DNA of 49,700 nt, counting the filler, from Bipalium vagum (Eukaryota), in the NCBI GenBank assembly GCA_037834085.1. It is 3 parts of 3 records of this genome, joined end to end, with 100 filler letters (N's around TTAATTAATTAA, not from the genome) between each part and the next. Parts side by side here need not be neighbours in the genome. Positions count along the whole stretch, not along the records: positions 33,826 to 49,700 come from JBBMKC010140894.1; 2 more parts are not named here. One strand, written 5' to 3'. How positions within the stretch are numbered: the stretch's first letter is position 1; each line of letters begins with the position of its first letter. The notes beneath the pieces were generated by a model. That model had not been told where the DNA came from and made no database searches. It saw only the letters and a program-made list of their open reading frames with translations. Positions 34,456 to 48,370 of this stretch are shown piece after piece. A program made the position numbers and the translations under genes.

Positions 34456-37400
34456 TATATATTTATATAAAAAAGTAATTTGAAAAAATTTGATTTCATA
34501 TAAATCAAAATTAAGGAAAAATAAATTAAATATCACTTTTATAAAAAATTTATAGGTCAAATAAATATAAATATTGAAATAAATTATTTTGGCTTCTAAT
34601 AAAATCTGAAAATTTCAGTCTGAATTAATTCTGTGAAAATCTATTTCCAGTTTGTATAATTTAATTTCCACATTTTATAGTAATTATTTTCACATAAGTT
34701 GCACTTTAATTTCTATTTCAATTTTGTTATATTTTATTTATAAATAATCATATTTTGATATCTCAATTTTCATCTATCTTGAAATTTGGTTCACAATTGT
34801 TTTTTTTAATTTTATAACTCTAAAAAATAATGTATATCTAATATATATTCAAGCTAAAGAACCTTCTCTGTTGAACCATTGAAGTCTCTTATAATTTTGT
34901 TCTATTTTATAAGTAATGTTTCATAACAATTCATAATAAAAACAATGAAAAATAATTCTTCATAAAATTCTAAGTCCTAAGGTTTTACAAGATTTTTCAT
35001 TTCGTAAATATTTTAAGAAGAACCATAAGGTGGATTTTTATTGTATAAGGTACTTTCTGATTGATTATGATTATGTGAATGGTAATGTAATAGTCAATAT
35101 ATACAAACAGAAAAAAGAAATCAAAATGAAAGAGATAATATTTAGTTAACTGGTTTCAATAAAGGGTTTAAAAACTTATTGATTATAGACTTAAAATCAT
35201 ACCTGGTTTCAAAATACTAATTAATTCTCTTTTAATTTTAATTTTGAAAATATGACACAACATTCCAGCTATATTGTTCTCAACCAAAAACTGAAAATGA
35301 AGTAAGAATGCAAATCAATGTAAATCAATTATTTCTCTCTTTATTTTAATGTGAAAGACTGTACAAAATATTAAATATATGAAAAAGATAACACTTAAAA
35401 CTGTAACATAAAAAATGATACATATACTCATATTTGTATCGAACAGGTTGAAATTATTGAAATAGTAATCAAATAACCACAATTAATTAATTAATAATAA
35501 ATAAACTGATAAATAAATTATACACATTTTTACCACAAACATTAAAATTTAAAAAATAGGTGAAAAAATGTGACTTATCTTTATTTAAAGAATGATATCA
35601 AAGTGAAATTAGTGCTAAAAAGATCTTTAGACTATTAATGAAATTTCAAACACTGAAGAAAAATATAAAAAATAGTTTTCTTTAATTTAATTTTCCAATA
35701 GACCAATATAAATATGAAAATTACTAATAAATGAAATATCATCTGTAGAATGTTATGGTACAGTAAAATATTGGGGAAAAGATAGTGTTAGTTACGGGTC
35801 ATTTAATACGATGACATCGGCAATAGAATATTTGATGTGAAATAAATTTTAAAATTCTCAAGCCTTAATGTTGAAAACTGTCTAGAAAGAAAACTGTCTT
35901 CAACATTAAATATCGTGAAAGATGGAGTATTCTTTAAAAAATATTTTTCGTTTTCAGAAGAAAAATATTATATAAAACTAAAAATTTTATACAAGATAGA
36001 TTCTTTGAAAAAGTTGAACTTTTCAATCAATAACTGCAGAAAGCATAAATTAACTTCAAAAATGAATAAAGTATAACTTAAAAATTACTTTTTAAAATCA
36101 TTTAATAATGATAAATTTTACAAACATCAGAACTAAATGGTACATTCTCAATTAATAAATTCATATATTATTAATGAAGATAATTTCACTATTTAAGAAT
36201 TCATAACTATCATTAACTCCCGTGTTCCCTATGAGAAGGTTTGTTGGTGTGAAAAAAGACACCCCGTAAAATACTTAATAATATTTAAATTTATTAATTT
36301 AAAATATGTTCTTTAAGATTCAATATAGATTTGAAATCCGTTATAAAATAATATAAATTCATTCAGAAATGATTATTAAAACCTCCATTATGTTCTTTTG
36401 TATTCCCTGGTGGTGTAGTATCATTTTACTTTCGTGGTCATTTTAAGACTCAAAAATAAACAGAATTAACACTATGTCACATGGAATGAATAAAAGGAAA
36501 GGTTAAACAATATAACGATTTTTCTAGACATAAATTCATGTACATCTTTACATTTGTTTGAAGGTGGATTGTAATGCGAAGATAACCATGATTCTTAGTT
36601 ACGATAATATAGGGAACTTTGTTCATTTATTTTCTACAAACGTGACAACATACCAGCACAATATTAGTCGTTAATAATCTTATCCTATGGAACAAATTCT
36701 GTATAGATTAGAATCGAAGAAAACTGTTAACAGTATCTTAATTCTAATTCTATAAAAACATACTTTTTTCGTCTTTAATCATCATTTTTTAAATCATTGT
36801 TGATTTTTGACTTTGTCAGTATTTCATATTATCTGTTACAATATTTCCAATGAAGAAATATGGACACTCTGAAATTATTGTGATCATCTATCAACCAATG
36901 AGACAAAATAGTATTCAAATTCTCGGTTTTAATTTTTTTTAAAAATGCGCTCTATGTTTGTTTTGAGTGATTTTCTCAAGGATTTTGGTAAGTACTCATC
37001 GATCTTTTCTAATAATTTCAAGCACTGAACATTTTCAAACGATGATTGCCCTGAATACACTGTATTTTATTCTGTAATTTGGAATTCCGCTTAAATACTT
37101 ACATTCTTGGGAATCAAGGCATCTTTACAAAAAGAAGTTTTATTAATCATTCTTGTTTCTATTGCTAATTTTACCCAACATAAAACAAAGATTAGTATTG
37201 GTTCATTACTCCATTGAATTTTGACACTAGTAATATAAAATAACTCCCGTCATTAGAAATATCATACAGAATAAACATGGTACACTAAACCTGAAACATT
37301 ATCAACAAACGATGTCCAAAAAGAATTTTAATTTTAAAAAGTTTATATAACTTTCACACCAGTTGATGATATCTTTTAATATAAGAATCATTTATTTAAA

Positions 37401-37814
37401 ATAGATATAAGAATGTATAACATTAATGATAAATTAAAGAAATTTGAAGAATTTAAAATTTTATAGTATTTAATGAAAATAAGTCAATGAAAAATTACTT
37501 CATCAAAGCCTTTCTCCAAAACCTTAGAATAATCAAAAGAAGGCCTAAAAATTAAATTATTTTCTATCAGAACTGTTATAGAAAATCCGTATAAAAATCG
37601 ATGCACTTACTCTGATTTTCTTTGTCTTATGATTTTATAAAATAAGTGAAAAATAAAATTAATAATTTATCAAAAAATTTAGGAGGAAAGTATAAAAATA
37701 AAATATGTATTTTATGTTTTTAATTCTTAGAAATTAAATCCATTTAAGAAGTGAAGTAATTGTTAATTCGCAAAATAACAAAGTATTTATATATATCAAT
37801 ATTTATATATATCA

Positions 37815-38745
37815 AAATTATCGCATCCATCGACCTTCAGGTTTTTTTATAAGATTTCTCCAATCCTTCAAAATATGGTGACTTCACCATTTGTATAAAA
37901 TCTTTTACCAGAGAGCCATATTTTGAAGTTTGGGAATAAGACAAAGTCTCTAGATGCAAAGCCCGAAGAAAACGATGGATGTTGATGTAAATCGTAGTGC
38001 AATTCGTCTATTTTAGTCGTTGAAATTGCACTTCGATTAGGTAGTGCATTGTCATGATGAAACAACATCTTTTTTGCTAAATGTGGTCTTTTTCTACTAT
38101 TATATTACTTAATTGATCCAAAAATGTTACATGATATTGTCCCATTATTGTTTTCCATTTTTCAAAGAAATCAATGAATTTCCATTGGCGTCCCAGAAAA
38201 AAGTTGCCATAACCTTTCCAGCTGACTGCTATCATTTTGAACTTTCAGCGGGTCCTACTCATTGCTTTCATTACCGTGATGACTCAGCTATGTATCCACG
38301 TTTTATCAACGGTTATATAACGACGCAAAAATTCATCTGGATTTTCAATAAAAACTCTTAAACACAGCTTTGAATCATTAACTCGTTGTTGCTTTTGATC
38401 GATTGTCAAAATGCGCGGCGTATATTTTGCGACAAGCTTTTTCATTTCCAATTCATCGTAAATTATTTTCCAAACACTATTGACTGATATCTTTGCGACG
38501 TTAGATAACTCGCAAATTTTGATTTTTCGATCATTCATAATCTCTTCATGGATTTTTTGAATGTTCACTGGCACAACCACTTCAATTCGATGACCGCGTT
38601 TAAATTCAGCGAACTAATTTTTTACCGTTGAAAAACGAAGGAGCAGAATCACCATATATTTTGCCAATTTTTCTTTTGCTTCTTTTGGTGTTTTCTTTCG
38701 TAAAACAAAATGCTTAATCAATATGCGGAATTCGCCTTTTTGCCG
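37815..38745 (-). mobile_element. Decayed mariner transposase, irritans (Himar1-like) type
   Basis: EFRILIKH, NIQKIHEEIMNDRKIK, PRILTIDQKQQRVNDS..FLRRYITVDKTWIH, SAGKVMATFFWDA and FHHDNA are colinear with Himar1. Confidence 0.9.
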
Positions 38746-38797
38746 TATACCACAAAATCGACTATTCAGAAATTTATAGAATTTCAATTGATTATTC

Positions 38798-39085
38798 TCT
38801 CTCACCCTACTTATTACCAAGATATAGCATCCTCTGACTATCACTTATTCCGGTCGATGCACCATCTTCTTTTCAGTAAATAATTACAAAATCACAATAA
38901 CATCAAAAACCATATGCTTGATTTTCGACTCCATACATGAAAAATTTTACAAAAGGGATTGAAAACCTATCTCATTGGCAACAAGTCAGACACAGAAAAT
39001 ACTTCAATGTCTACATAATTGATAATTAAAATTTTATGTTATGATTAGTTGAAAAATAGCGTAAATTTCTTTTCAGGTGGCCTAA
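38798..39085 (+). mobile_element. Mariner 3' fragment (a different element, opposite strand)
   Basis: LSHPTYYQDIASSDYHLFRSMHH; TIR-like TTCTTTTCAGGTGGCCTAA|TA. Confidence 0.8.
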
Positions 39086-42000
39086 TATTATTATATTTCG
39101 ATCTTTATAAAAAACTTCATGACAGACTTTAATCAGTTAAAAAATTTTCCTTTATGTCATCTCATCCACATGAAAATTTACTCAGATATTTATTTAAAGA
39201 TAATATTAAAGTTACTTAAATATTATCTAGGCTCTGTGAACTTGGCCAATTTGAAAAAAACCATTCACTGTCAAAGAAATTTTAATAATTGCAAAATTAC
39301 AATTAATTGATTAATAAAAAATATTTTTTACAAAATCATACAAAATAAAATATTTTTATAACTGATCTATAAGTTACCGATAAAATAATGTTTCGTCGAA
39401 AATAAAATTGAAAATGTAAAATTAGTTTTATTTTTGAGTTTTAAAGCGTTTCAAAATTATTTTCATTTTTCATGAAAATTATAAAATAAATATGCAAAAA
39501 GTTTAAATAACTTTCAATTACATTTCACATTTTAAGAAACTGGATAGTTAAGTTGGTTATTTATGAGAATATTAAGCATTCTTTATAATTTTCAATTGAA
39601 AATAGATGTTGCAATTTTTAAAATTTTTAATTTCAAGGTTTTGCAAGATGAAAAGCAAGAAAAATAAATTTTTTCACGGCTATTTGAATAGTCTCAAACA
39701 ATATTTTACCGAGTGCAAACAAAAGAAAAACCGATTTCTGAAACGTCTTCAATCACTGTTATTACATAGTGTCAAGAGATATCAATTCACCCACCGTTGT
39801 GTGTCAAGTACTAAGCGTTATCTTGTCACAAATGTCTACCAGAAAGCACCACCTGCTTAGAATATTAATTTGGAAATTAAAAATTAAATACAATGAAATT
39901 ATTTATTGATAATTAAAACCAATGATGGACAACAATTTAATATTGGTTTAGGACAGACTTTTGGAAATTTTTAAAAAGAGATAAAAAGATTTTTAGAATT
40001 TTTTATTTAATTCTTTCGTTTCTTTTAGAGGATATTAAAAAATCGACTCGTGCTTAGGAATCGGTTAGTGTGGTGTACAAAAGGTATCTAATAATTCAAA
40101 TCCAAATTAAAAATAATTTTTAAGATTAAGAAATCAATATCCTCGTGCAACAAGCGAATCTTTTTACAAAAATCTATAACCTAAAAAACTGGCAAAATTA
40201 ATCAAAAATGTATATTTTATTATTTAAAGAAAAATGAATGTGCTGAAAAATAATTCAATAATGGCACAAAAAATAAGTTTGAAACAGTAACGTAATTAAA
40301 TCAGTCGATTTGTGTTTTGGAAGTTCTCGAAATTGCAATATTCAAATTGGTAATATAATCAATACATTTTCGGTGCATCTTAAAATACTAAGTTAAAGTA
40401 AATACCTGTCATCATATAGTACTAATTTGAAATCCATTTTGGTTATGTGAATTTTAAGGCTTTCAATAAATCGGTCTACATTTATATTGACTATGTTGCA
40501 GTACTTTCGATTATCAATTATAATTAAATCATAATTGTATTGCGAGACTGCCGTCATTGCAACATCTTCGGAATAAATGATGTCATATCTTATATTTAAT
40601 GATTGACATATATTTTCGATGTTCCGAGCCTCGTAAGATATTTCAGGAAATATTAACAGTAACTAGAATGTGAAATATTAAAATAAAGGTGAATTTTAAT
40701 AAATAAAATAAAGAAGTCTGCTCGTTACCTTCATTGGTTCACTTATATCTTCTTTAAAAGTAAATGGGATATTCTTAACCTAAATAATAAAAATTTCACG
40801 AATTAATTATTTATATTTAAACAATTAAAATTATGTGAAGATTCAAATTAGTTATAAGGTTATATAAAAGGTGTTTAATATTTGGGATAAAAACATTTTA
40901 TAACAAGTTCCAGATATTTAGGAACTATAACTGAAAATAGATAAGCAGTTAAATGATTGATAAAATTTGACTCCCCCGTTTACGGATTACAATGTAGATT
41001 GAACTATTTTTAATGAGTAAAATATAATATGAATATGAGTGCTAAAAGACTGATTAAAGAAATATAAAAGCCGCTGTGTAATGTACACCTATTTGAATCA
41101 TTTTAAATTGACATCCTCAAGTGTAGTTAAGTGAATCAATCAAGCAAAATTAATTTATAGGGGTGTTTAATCAAAATGAAACTTGAATCAAATGTTAAGA
41201 AAATCGATTTTGAATTCATAAAATTAATTTAAAATAATATATATATAATAATAATAATAATATATTATAATTATAATTTATTATTCATATATCAAAATCT
41301 TATTAATTATTTTTAATAGTTTTATTAACTTCAGAAAATCATTTTTTACTTATAATTTATATCAAATGAAATGTTTTCTGACCTATACAAATCGATATAT
41401 TAAAAAAATACAATTATTGATTCTTGATTCATTATTTGAAACTGGAAAATGGTACTCCGTCAAATCTATCAAATTTCATTATTTAATTTTCAATATTATC
41501 AAAAAGTCAAAAATGAAACAAAATCTTACAATTGGTTTGGAAACGTTATTAATCTCATGATAAATGGGCTTGAAATATCCATTATCACTATTTCCTTTAT
41601 TTGTCATTTGAGGAGCTTTGCAATTCTGAGTATATCTTCTATACATTAGCATCAATCTGCATAGAGGAAAAATGAAAATCGAAACAGTGTCTACGCTCCG
41701 CTCAAAATACAATAACAGTATCAAATGGTAGGTAGCCAATTAATAATTGACATTTATCACAATTATCGTTGTTTATCAATTGAAATCTGTAACAGATCTC
41801 CAATTTTAATTTGAATTTCATTAACAAATAGAAAAAAGGTATCTATACGCATACCAACTGTATATTCTGTTTTCGTTTTTAATAATATATAAATATATAT
41901 ATTATGATTATCAGTAAGATCAACAAGTTAAAAGGTGTAAAGAACTATAAAATAACACCACAAACAGTTAGAGCTGCATATTGAATATTATACAACCAAT

Positions 42001-44229
42001 AGTTACAATATGCGGCTTAACAATGTTTCTAATCAAGATCAATATTATAAAAATGAGATTTTACTTTTAAATAATATACTTGTTATATTAAATTAGTAAA
42101 GTTAACTAAATAATATTATAATAACTTTCATATTTGGAAACAAATTAAGTTTATGAAAATATTGAAGTATGGAAATTCTGAAAAAAACACTGTACCTGCT
42201 ACACAAATTAACATTGTCCCTTGGTAAACAGTTTTATAATTTATCGAAACGAATTAAATTTATTGAAAATAACAGTGATTTGTGATGTACATATTTTAAA
42301 TTTGAAAAACATTTATACACATCATTATTGCCTTTTAATGCATATAAACAAATTTTCAATTTTAATACTGTTAAAATTATTAATAATCAGTCACTTAATT
42401 TAAGTAATTCATTACTATATACATGTAAAACCTTTAATAATCAATAAGAATTCATGTGACAAAAGAAAGATAAATTATATTTATTTTACTTTGATTTACA
42501 TAATATCTAATTACTTTTTTATTTTTGCTTCAATAACAATTACAAATTAATTTAACTGAAAATCAAAATAAAAGGCAGTTATTGTTCATTATATTTTCAT
42601 CGATTTGTTAAGTTTATAGATACTGGAAATATCAAAACAAAAGAACTTTGTTGGGACTATGACATTTAAATTGGTAATAATAGGTAATAATGGGTAATTA
42701 ATGATTTAACAGTTATATAAAATCTGGATTTAAAGGTTACAAACTTTCAATCATTAGCAAATTTAGATTTCAATTGACAATATCAACTAAATCGAATTCA
42801 GTACATTTTATGTATAAAATTTCATGACATCAATTTTCATGCAAGATTATTAAACCACCTTTTAAAAAAGCTTTTTAGTAGACAAAACTTAGTATACTCG
42901 ATAGTTCTCATGTTTAAAAATTAAAAATCTACCCGACTAAGTTTCAACAAAAAAATAGGAATAATAAATGGAAATAAAAACTTTTTTAATTATTCGATCT
43001 AGAGTTCTTAGCTCGTTCTCTAAGCTTTTTTATTTCTTTCTTAATTGAAGATTATCATTTAGATGTAATTATTATTCCAAGGTTGGATTATATACATATA
43101 ATATTAAAATTAATTTTCAAGTCATTTTACTTACAAGTCCCAAGATAATATTCATAACCAGTCATTGAAATAATATTTATTAAATGTCTTTAAAAGTCTT
43201 CAAAATAATCATTTGAATATATTTATTGACATTATTAAAATAATATTTATTAAACATCTTTAAAAAATATTTTTTGAAGGTTTTTAAAATATTTCTTCTG
43301 AATCTATTTATTTATGAACATTAAAATAATAGATTTTTAAGAAATCTCAAATAATTTTTATGTTGAAAGGTTTATTGATTTTTACTTATTTTAGAATTTA
43401 AATTTTATTATTGTTAAATGAAATGAAGTTAAATTCTTAATGATTGATTAAAACTTTTATTGTTTTATTAAAAAAATTTATTAATCTGTTTTATCGAATA
43501 AAAATTTTAATTATATTTTTGTTTAATTTTGATTAAATCTTCAATTTTTTATCGATTAAAATTGTAATTATCTTCATAGATTAAACATTTATTGAATTTT
43601 TATTTTAATATAGATATTTGTGAGTACATAAAAGTTTTATGATATAAACAACTTTTGCCTGTGTTAAATTCTAAAATAACAAGTTTTGGATTTTTTTTGA
43701 TATACTTTTGATAAATGTATTTTTGACTTTATATGATTTATTAAGATACTTTTTGAAAATATTTTATCCTAATCATTAAAAACGAAAATATTAATCATTT
43801 CATTAGTCATTATATTCGTCATTTTTAGAGATTTTAAAGTTTAATAAAAAATTTGAGGTTATTTCAGATTAAATTTTTAATTGTTTTATAAATTTAAATT
43901 TTTAATTATTTCTAATAATAATTAAAAAAAATTATTTCATTGGTTGAGAAAAATGTAAAAAATTGAATAATAAAATTAATTAGTTAACCAGGAATCTTTA
44001 TATTAAATATAAAAAATCTTCAAGCAATTGGATCTTTGAATACAACGAATAAACATGATTGCTCTTTTGACGAAATAAATAACAAATTAGATAGATTTGG
44101 AGCCAATGGAGTTAATTGTAATAAATCTTTTTTCTTAAAATTATACAATTTTTTTCCTCATACAACAGAATCTTTGAAATATTTTTTGCAACAACAACAA
44201 TAATAATAATAATAATATATAAAAACATT

Positions 44230-45657
44230 TCATTCTTTTGAAGAGGAGTTATTAAAGTTGTCTTCGGAAAAGTTTTTGAAATTAATAATTAATAACACCA
44301 AAGAAATAAGAATCGACGAAAACAGAATAATAAAAACGAAATTAGCTTTTGTTTCCATTGATCCTCCTACAATAGGGCCAATTAATAAAGCTACATTTAT
44401 AATAACTCTTAAAATTGATTGTGCTCTGTCTTGATCTTCGATGGACACTTGCTTTGTATACAAAGACTCTGATATTGAAATACAAAATGGTTGACCTAAT
44501 ACGTGACACCCTATACCTGCGATTATTAAATATATGAATAAGGTTGACTGTTCCTTGTTCATCAAACTCAGACAGATAGTTATCCACAAATATGAAATAC
44601 TCAGGCATATTAAGCCTACTAGAAGAAGAATTCTGTCTTCAATTCCTCGATTAGAGATCAACTTTAAAATTGCATAAACTAAAATTACAGATACCCCACA
44701 ACCCAAGTATACCCAACTGGTTTCAATTTCAGACCACTGGAAATATTTTGTAGCCATTGGGGGTAACACAGATTCCAGTCCGATAAGGCTAAAATAGCTA
44801 CAGAAAATAATCACCAAGTTTGAAAATATCGAAAGTTTTAAATAATGTGGATAATTTGCAATGTTGAAAAACTGATATATTTTTTCTTTTGTTGTCGGCT
44901 TGGATAGACCAACCATGTTCTCATTTGTATCATTCTTATTGTTATTTCCAATCAAACCATTCTGGTCTTTAGAATGTGCTAAATCGGGAGTGGATTCTGT
45001 CAGTAAATGTACGTTTTCTGTATTCTTCATTTGTGATTTATCATTTTTAATTCTCGGATATATTAATAACACAAGAATGGTATGAACCCCCCATAGAATT
45101 GATAATAAGAATCCAGGACCATTGTATATATCTATAGTGATTGTAGAAATTTTCAATTTAATGTCCTTCATAAGTAATGTACAAGCTGGACCAATTATCA
45201 GTCCAAATTGACGAAACATTAACAAAGTTATTATATAAGGTGTTCTTTCTTGAACTGTTGTTACCCTTACAATATCGGCATATAACGGTACCTCACATCC
45301 AGCTCCTGCTCCTGCCAGAAATCTGCCCAGTAAAACCATCCACGGCTGGAAAGCTACGAAATAAATAATATTCCCAATGATTCCTAACTGATTTGACACT
45401 ATTAGCAATGTTCTTATTCTTATTCCGATAAAAGACAAATATCCAAAGACGGGATCTGATATTAAAATTGCAAAATTAAAAGCTGCTAATGTCCAACTGT
45501 AGAACTCAGTTGCTGCTGAGGGACTGAAAGCCTTAAGAAAATACAGCCACAGCGTGGGAATTATGATGGCACGTTCTAATCCCGTAAGAAGTCCCCAAAT
45601 GGCTGCTATAGCACATATTTTGAACTTTATTTGATTATTCCAACAGTTCGTCAGCAT
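44230..45657 (-). CDS. MFSD8: Major facilitator superfamily transporter, MFSD8/CLN7-like, single coding exon, 475 aa
   Basis: Intact ORF with 6+6 hydrophobic segments and a hydrophilic central loop; motifs IIIPTLWLY, IGNIIY, GRFLAGAGAG, QERT, GLIIGP and DIYNGPG are typical of the MFSD8 family. Exact orthology not established. Confidence 0.88.
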   Translation of the reverse strand: MLTNCWNNQIKFKICAIAAIWGLLTGLERAIIIPTLWLYFLKAFSPSAATEFYSWTLAAFNFAILISDPVFGYLSFIGIRIRTLLIVSNQLGIIGNIIYFVAFQPWMVLLGRFLAGAGAGCEVPLYADIVRVTTVQERTPYIITLLMFRQFGLIIGPACTLLMKDIKLKISTITIDIYNGPGFLLSILWGVHTILVLLIYPRIKNDKSQMKNTENVHLLTESTPDLAHSKDQNGLIGNNNKNDTNENMVGLSKPTTKEKIYQFFNIANYPHYLKLSIFSNLVIIFCSYFSLIGLESVLPPMATKYFQWSEIETSWVYLGCGVSVILVYAILKLISNRGIEDRILLLVGLICLSISYLWITICLSLMNKEQSTLFIYLIIAGIGCHVLGQPFCISISESLYTKQVSIEDQDRAQSILRVIINVALLIGPIVGGSMETKANFVFIILFSSILISLVLLIINFKNFSEDNFNNSSSKE

Positions 45658-46012
45658 CCTACACCAAAAAAGAGATAATTTATCTAAATGACAATTTAGA
45701 TATAATTATTCCAATTTCCGATGAATGTAATCGCGTCGACGAAACATTCTCAAAATCAATTATTTCCTGGCTGCTTGAAGATCAATATTTATAATTCATT
45801 TATGTTAATTTCATTTTAAAAATAAGTTCAGTAAAATGTTAAAATTACATACATTTTATTTTACTTTTACATTTTCGATGATTTTCTAAGCGCTAATTAT
45901 TTGAAAAATTATTATTAAGATACATACACATTTTTATTCAAAATGTGGGTTCATAAATTCAGTATTGATTTCCTTTTTTAAAATGAAAGTATACATTTTC
46001 AAAATGAGAGTA

Positions 46013-46196
46013 NNNNNNNNNNNNNNNNNNNNNNNNNNNNNNNNNNNNNNNNNNNNNNNNNNNNNNNNNNNNNNNNNNNNNNNNNNNNNNNNNNNNNNNN
46101 NNNNNNNNNNNNNNNNNNNNNNNNNNNNNNNNNNNNNNNNNNNNNNNNNNNNNNNNNNNNNNNNNNNNNNNNNNNNNNNNNNNNNNNNNNNNNNNN
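46013..46196. other. Assembly gap (N run)
   Basis: Seen directly. Confidence 1.
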
Positions 46197-46629
46197 TAAA
46201 GGCAGTTTTATGATTTCATTTTTGCATTATGAATTGTTAAATAAAATTTTGTTTTATTAATATAAATTTGTTTATATCTTAAACGAAATCGTTTAAAACA
46301 GTAAATCATCAAAAATTACATTTTACATAAAATCTCTTTTTCGACCGATCTCAATTTTTTCATGTGGATAATAAGAAAAGGACTATTAAATTAATGAACA
46401 GCATATTGATTTTATTTCATAGTGTTCGCGCCAATGCAATTATGTTTTTAAGAGAAAACAGTTTGTTATTATATCAGGTCATTTATAATTATACTTGTGT
46501 AATGGCGTTGCTACACAAAAATTGCATAAATTACAATAGATATTTTTCTATCAAAAGAAAATCATTTTTTGAAAAATTCAAAATATCTCTAAATAAATTT
46601 GTTCATTTATTACGTTTATGAGTCCTGAG

Positions 46630-47335
46630 CAGATCACAAAAGTCAGATGGTGAAGACTCGGCCGTTTCAAAATCTGTCGTTATTAATTTTTATGAAAAAA
46701 TAAGGACAAAATGTGAGATTTTGTTCTTGAAAAATCCAAAAAAATTGGGCGGACCGAACGATTGTGACTCCGTTATAATACGTGATGAGTGAAGACCCTA
46801 TTCCCAACTGTCTAAAGATGAAAATTATGTTCATCGGACTGTCATCTACAAGATGGATTTTGTTGACAGAAAGACTGGTGCTCACACGCAAAGAATTGAA
46901 AAGATTTTGGGAAAACTGATGACTAAGATCGTTTTAATGAAGGGCTTCTATGGTGATCAGTTGGAATCACATCTAAATGAATGGATTTGACGCCAAAATA
47001 TTCAATCGAGAAATAATTTTTTGTGTTTGTTTTTAAATAGGTATTATCCTACTTAATTCCAAACCTCATACCGCAAAATTGACTTAAGAACAAATTCGTC
47101 AATTAGGCTGGGAACTCATCCACTATACAGCCAGGAAATAAATACTACTGATTATTGTATGTTCTTGTCAATGTCAAATTTTTTATCGGGGAAAAAATAC
47201 CATTCTGAAAATGAGGTTAAAAGTGATCTGAGTCTGTTTTTTTACTCAAAGACACCCGAGTTCTTTAGAAAGGGATTTTTTCCATTATAGATAGATGGGA
47301 AACAGTTGTTAAAAAAATTGGCGACTGTTTGATTT
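46630..47335 (+). mobile_element. Heavily decayed mariner (DD34D) remnant
   Basis: NSKPHTAKLT*EQIRQLGWE..HPLYSQEINTTDYCMFLSMSNFLSGKKY..FFYSKTPEFFRKGI..RWETVV. Confidence 0.8.
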
Positions 47336-47359
47336 GTCTGTTCTTGAATAACAACATTA

Positions 47360-48370
47360 CGTATTCCGGTTCCTAAGATTTATGTTTGTTTTTAAGAAAA
47401 TTATTTGTTTTTGTTATTTTCTTGTGATTCGTTTCATGTATATTTTTGGACCGAGTCGGTCAAAAAAACGTGATTCAAAATTTTTAATAAAGAAAACTTT
47501 TTAATATCTAAAATTTTTTAGGCATTTGATAACCAGATGAACGGATCTATATTAGAACAATGTTTCTTTATGAATAAAAAAAGGGTGGTAGTGGTGCATA
47601 AGCCTCTCGAAATCTAAATAGCATATTTGGAGAAAGTACCACTGGTGAACGCAGTGCTCAACCCTGATTTTAGAGATTTAAGGATTGAGGCGAAGATATT
47701 CAAGATAAAGATGGCATTGAACGAAAATTTTTCATCTTCAATAACCATTTGAAACACTGGTTGAGATTGATCCGTTTACAATTTTTAAAGATCTTAACTG
47801 TGCGATAGGTGTTTCAGTTATGACTGTTTCCAACAATCTTCGAGAAATAGGAAAGTCAAAGATAACAAAAAATGGATTCCACACAATTTGACAAAAACCA
47901 AAAATTATATCGTTTTAAGGTGTCGTCAGCAAAACTTTTGAACAAAAAAAAAACTTTCTTCGATTGTATTATGACATGTGACGAGAAATAAATCCTGTAT
48001 GACAATCACTGACGTTCTTGGAAGTGTTTAGATCGATATGAACCTCCTAAACCTAAGTTTTACCAACAGAAGGTTTTGGTGACTGCTTGGCGGTGTTCCA
48101 CTGATTTGATCCATTTAAATTTCTTAAATTTTGTCAAACAAGTACCACCGAAAGGCAATTATGTGGAAATCGAAGAAATGTATCAAAAACTGAAGTTCAT
48201 TTACCCAACCCTGGTCAATAGAAAAGGCCGTTGTTTCTCAATGATAACACCAGACCACACGTCGCGCAATCTACTATTTTAAAAATTGAATCAGTTTTAT
48301 ATTAAAATTCTGCCTCAATCAACCTACTCACCAGACCTCTCACCCATTGATTTTTATTTCTTTAAATTCT
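47360..48370 (+). mobile_element. Decayed mariner (cecropia-like) element
   Basis: LYE*KKG..ASRNLNSIFGESTTGERSAQ, KWIPHNLT, IMTCDEK*ILYDN, QQKVLVTAW, DNTRPH and YSPDLSPIDF motifs occur in order. Confidence 0.88.

Noticed and set aside
36480-36700. LINE endonuclease relic (YNPP motif on the minus strand)
   Set aside because: One short motif with no GDxN or other supporting residues.
44342-45368. ORFs 44342..44608, 44900..45085 and 45177..45368
   Set aside because: Alternative-frame or antisense shadows of the MFS transporter gene.
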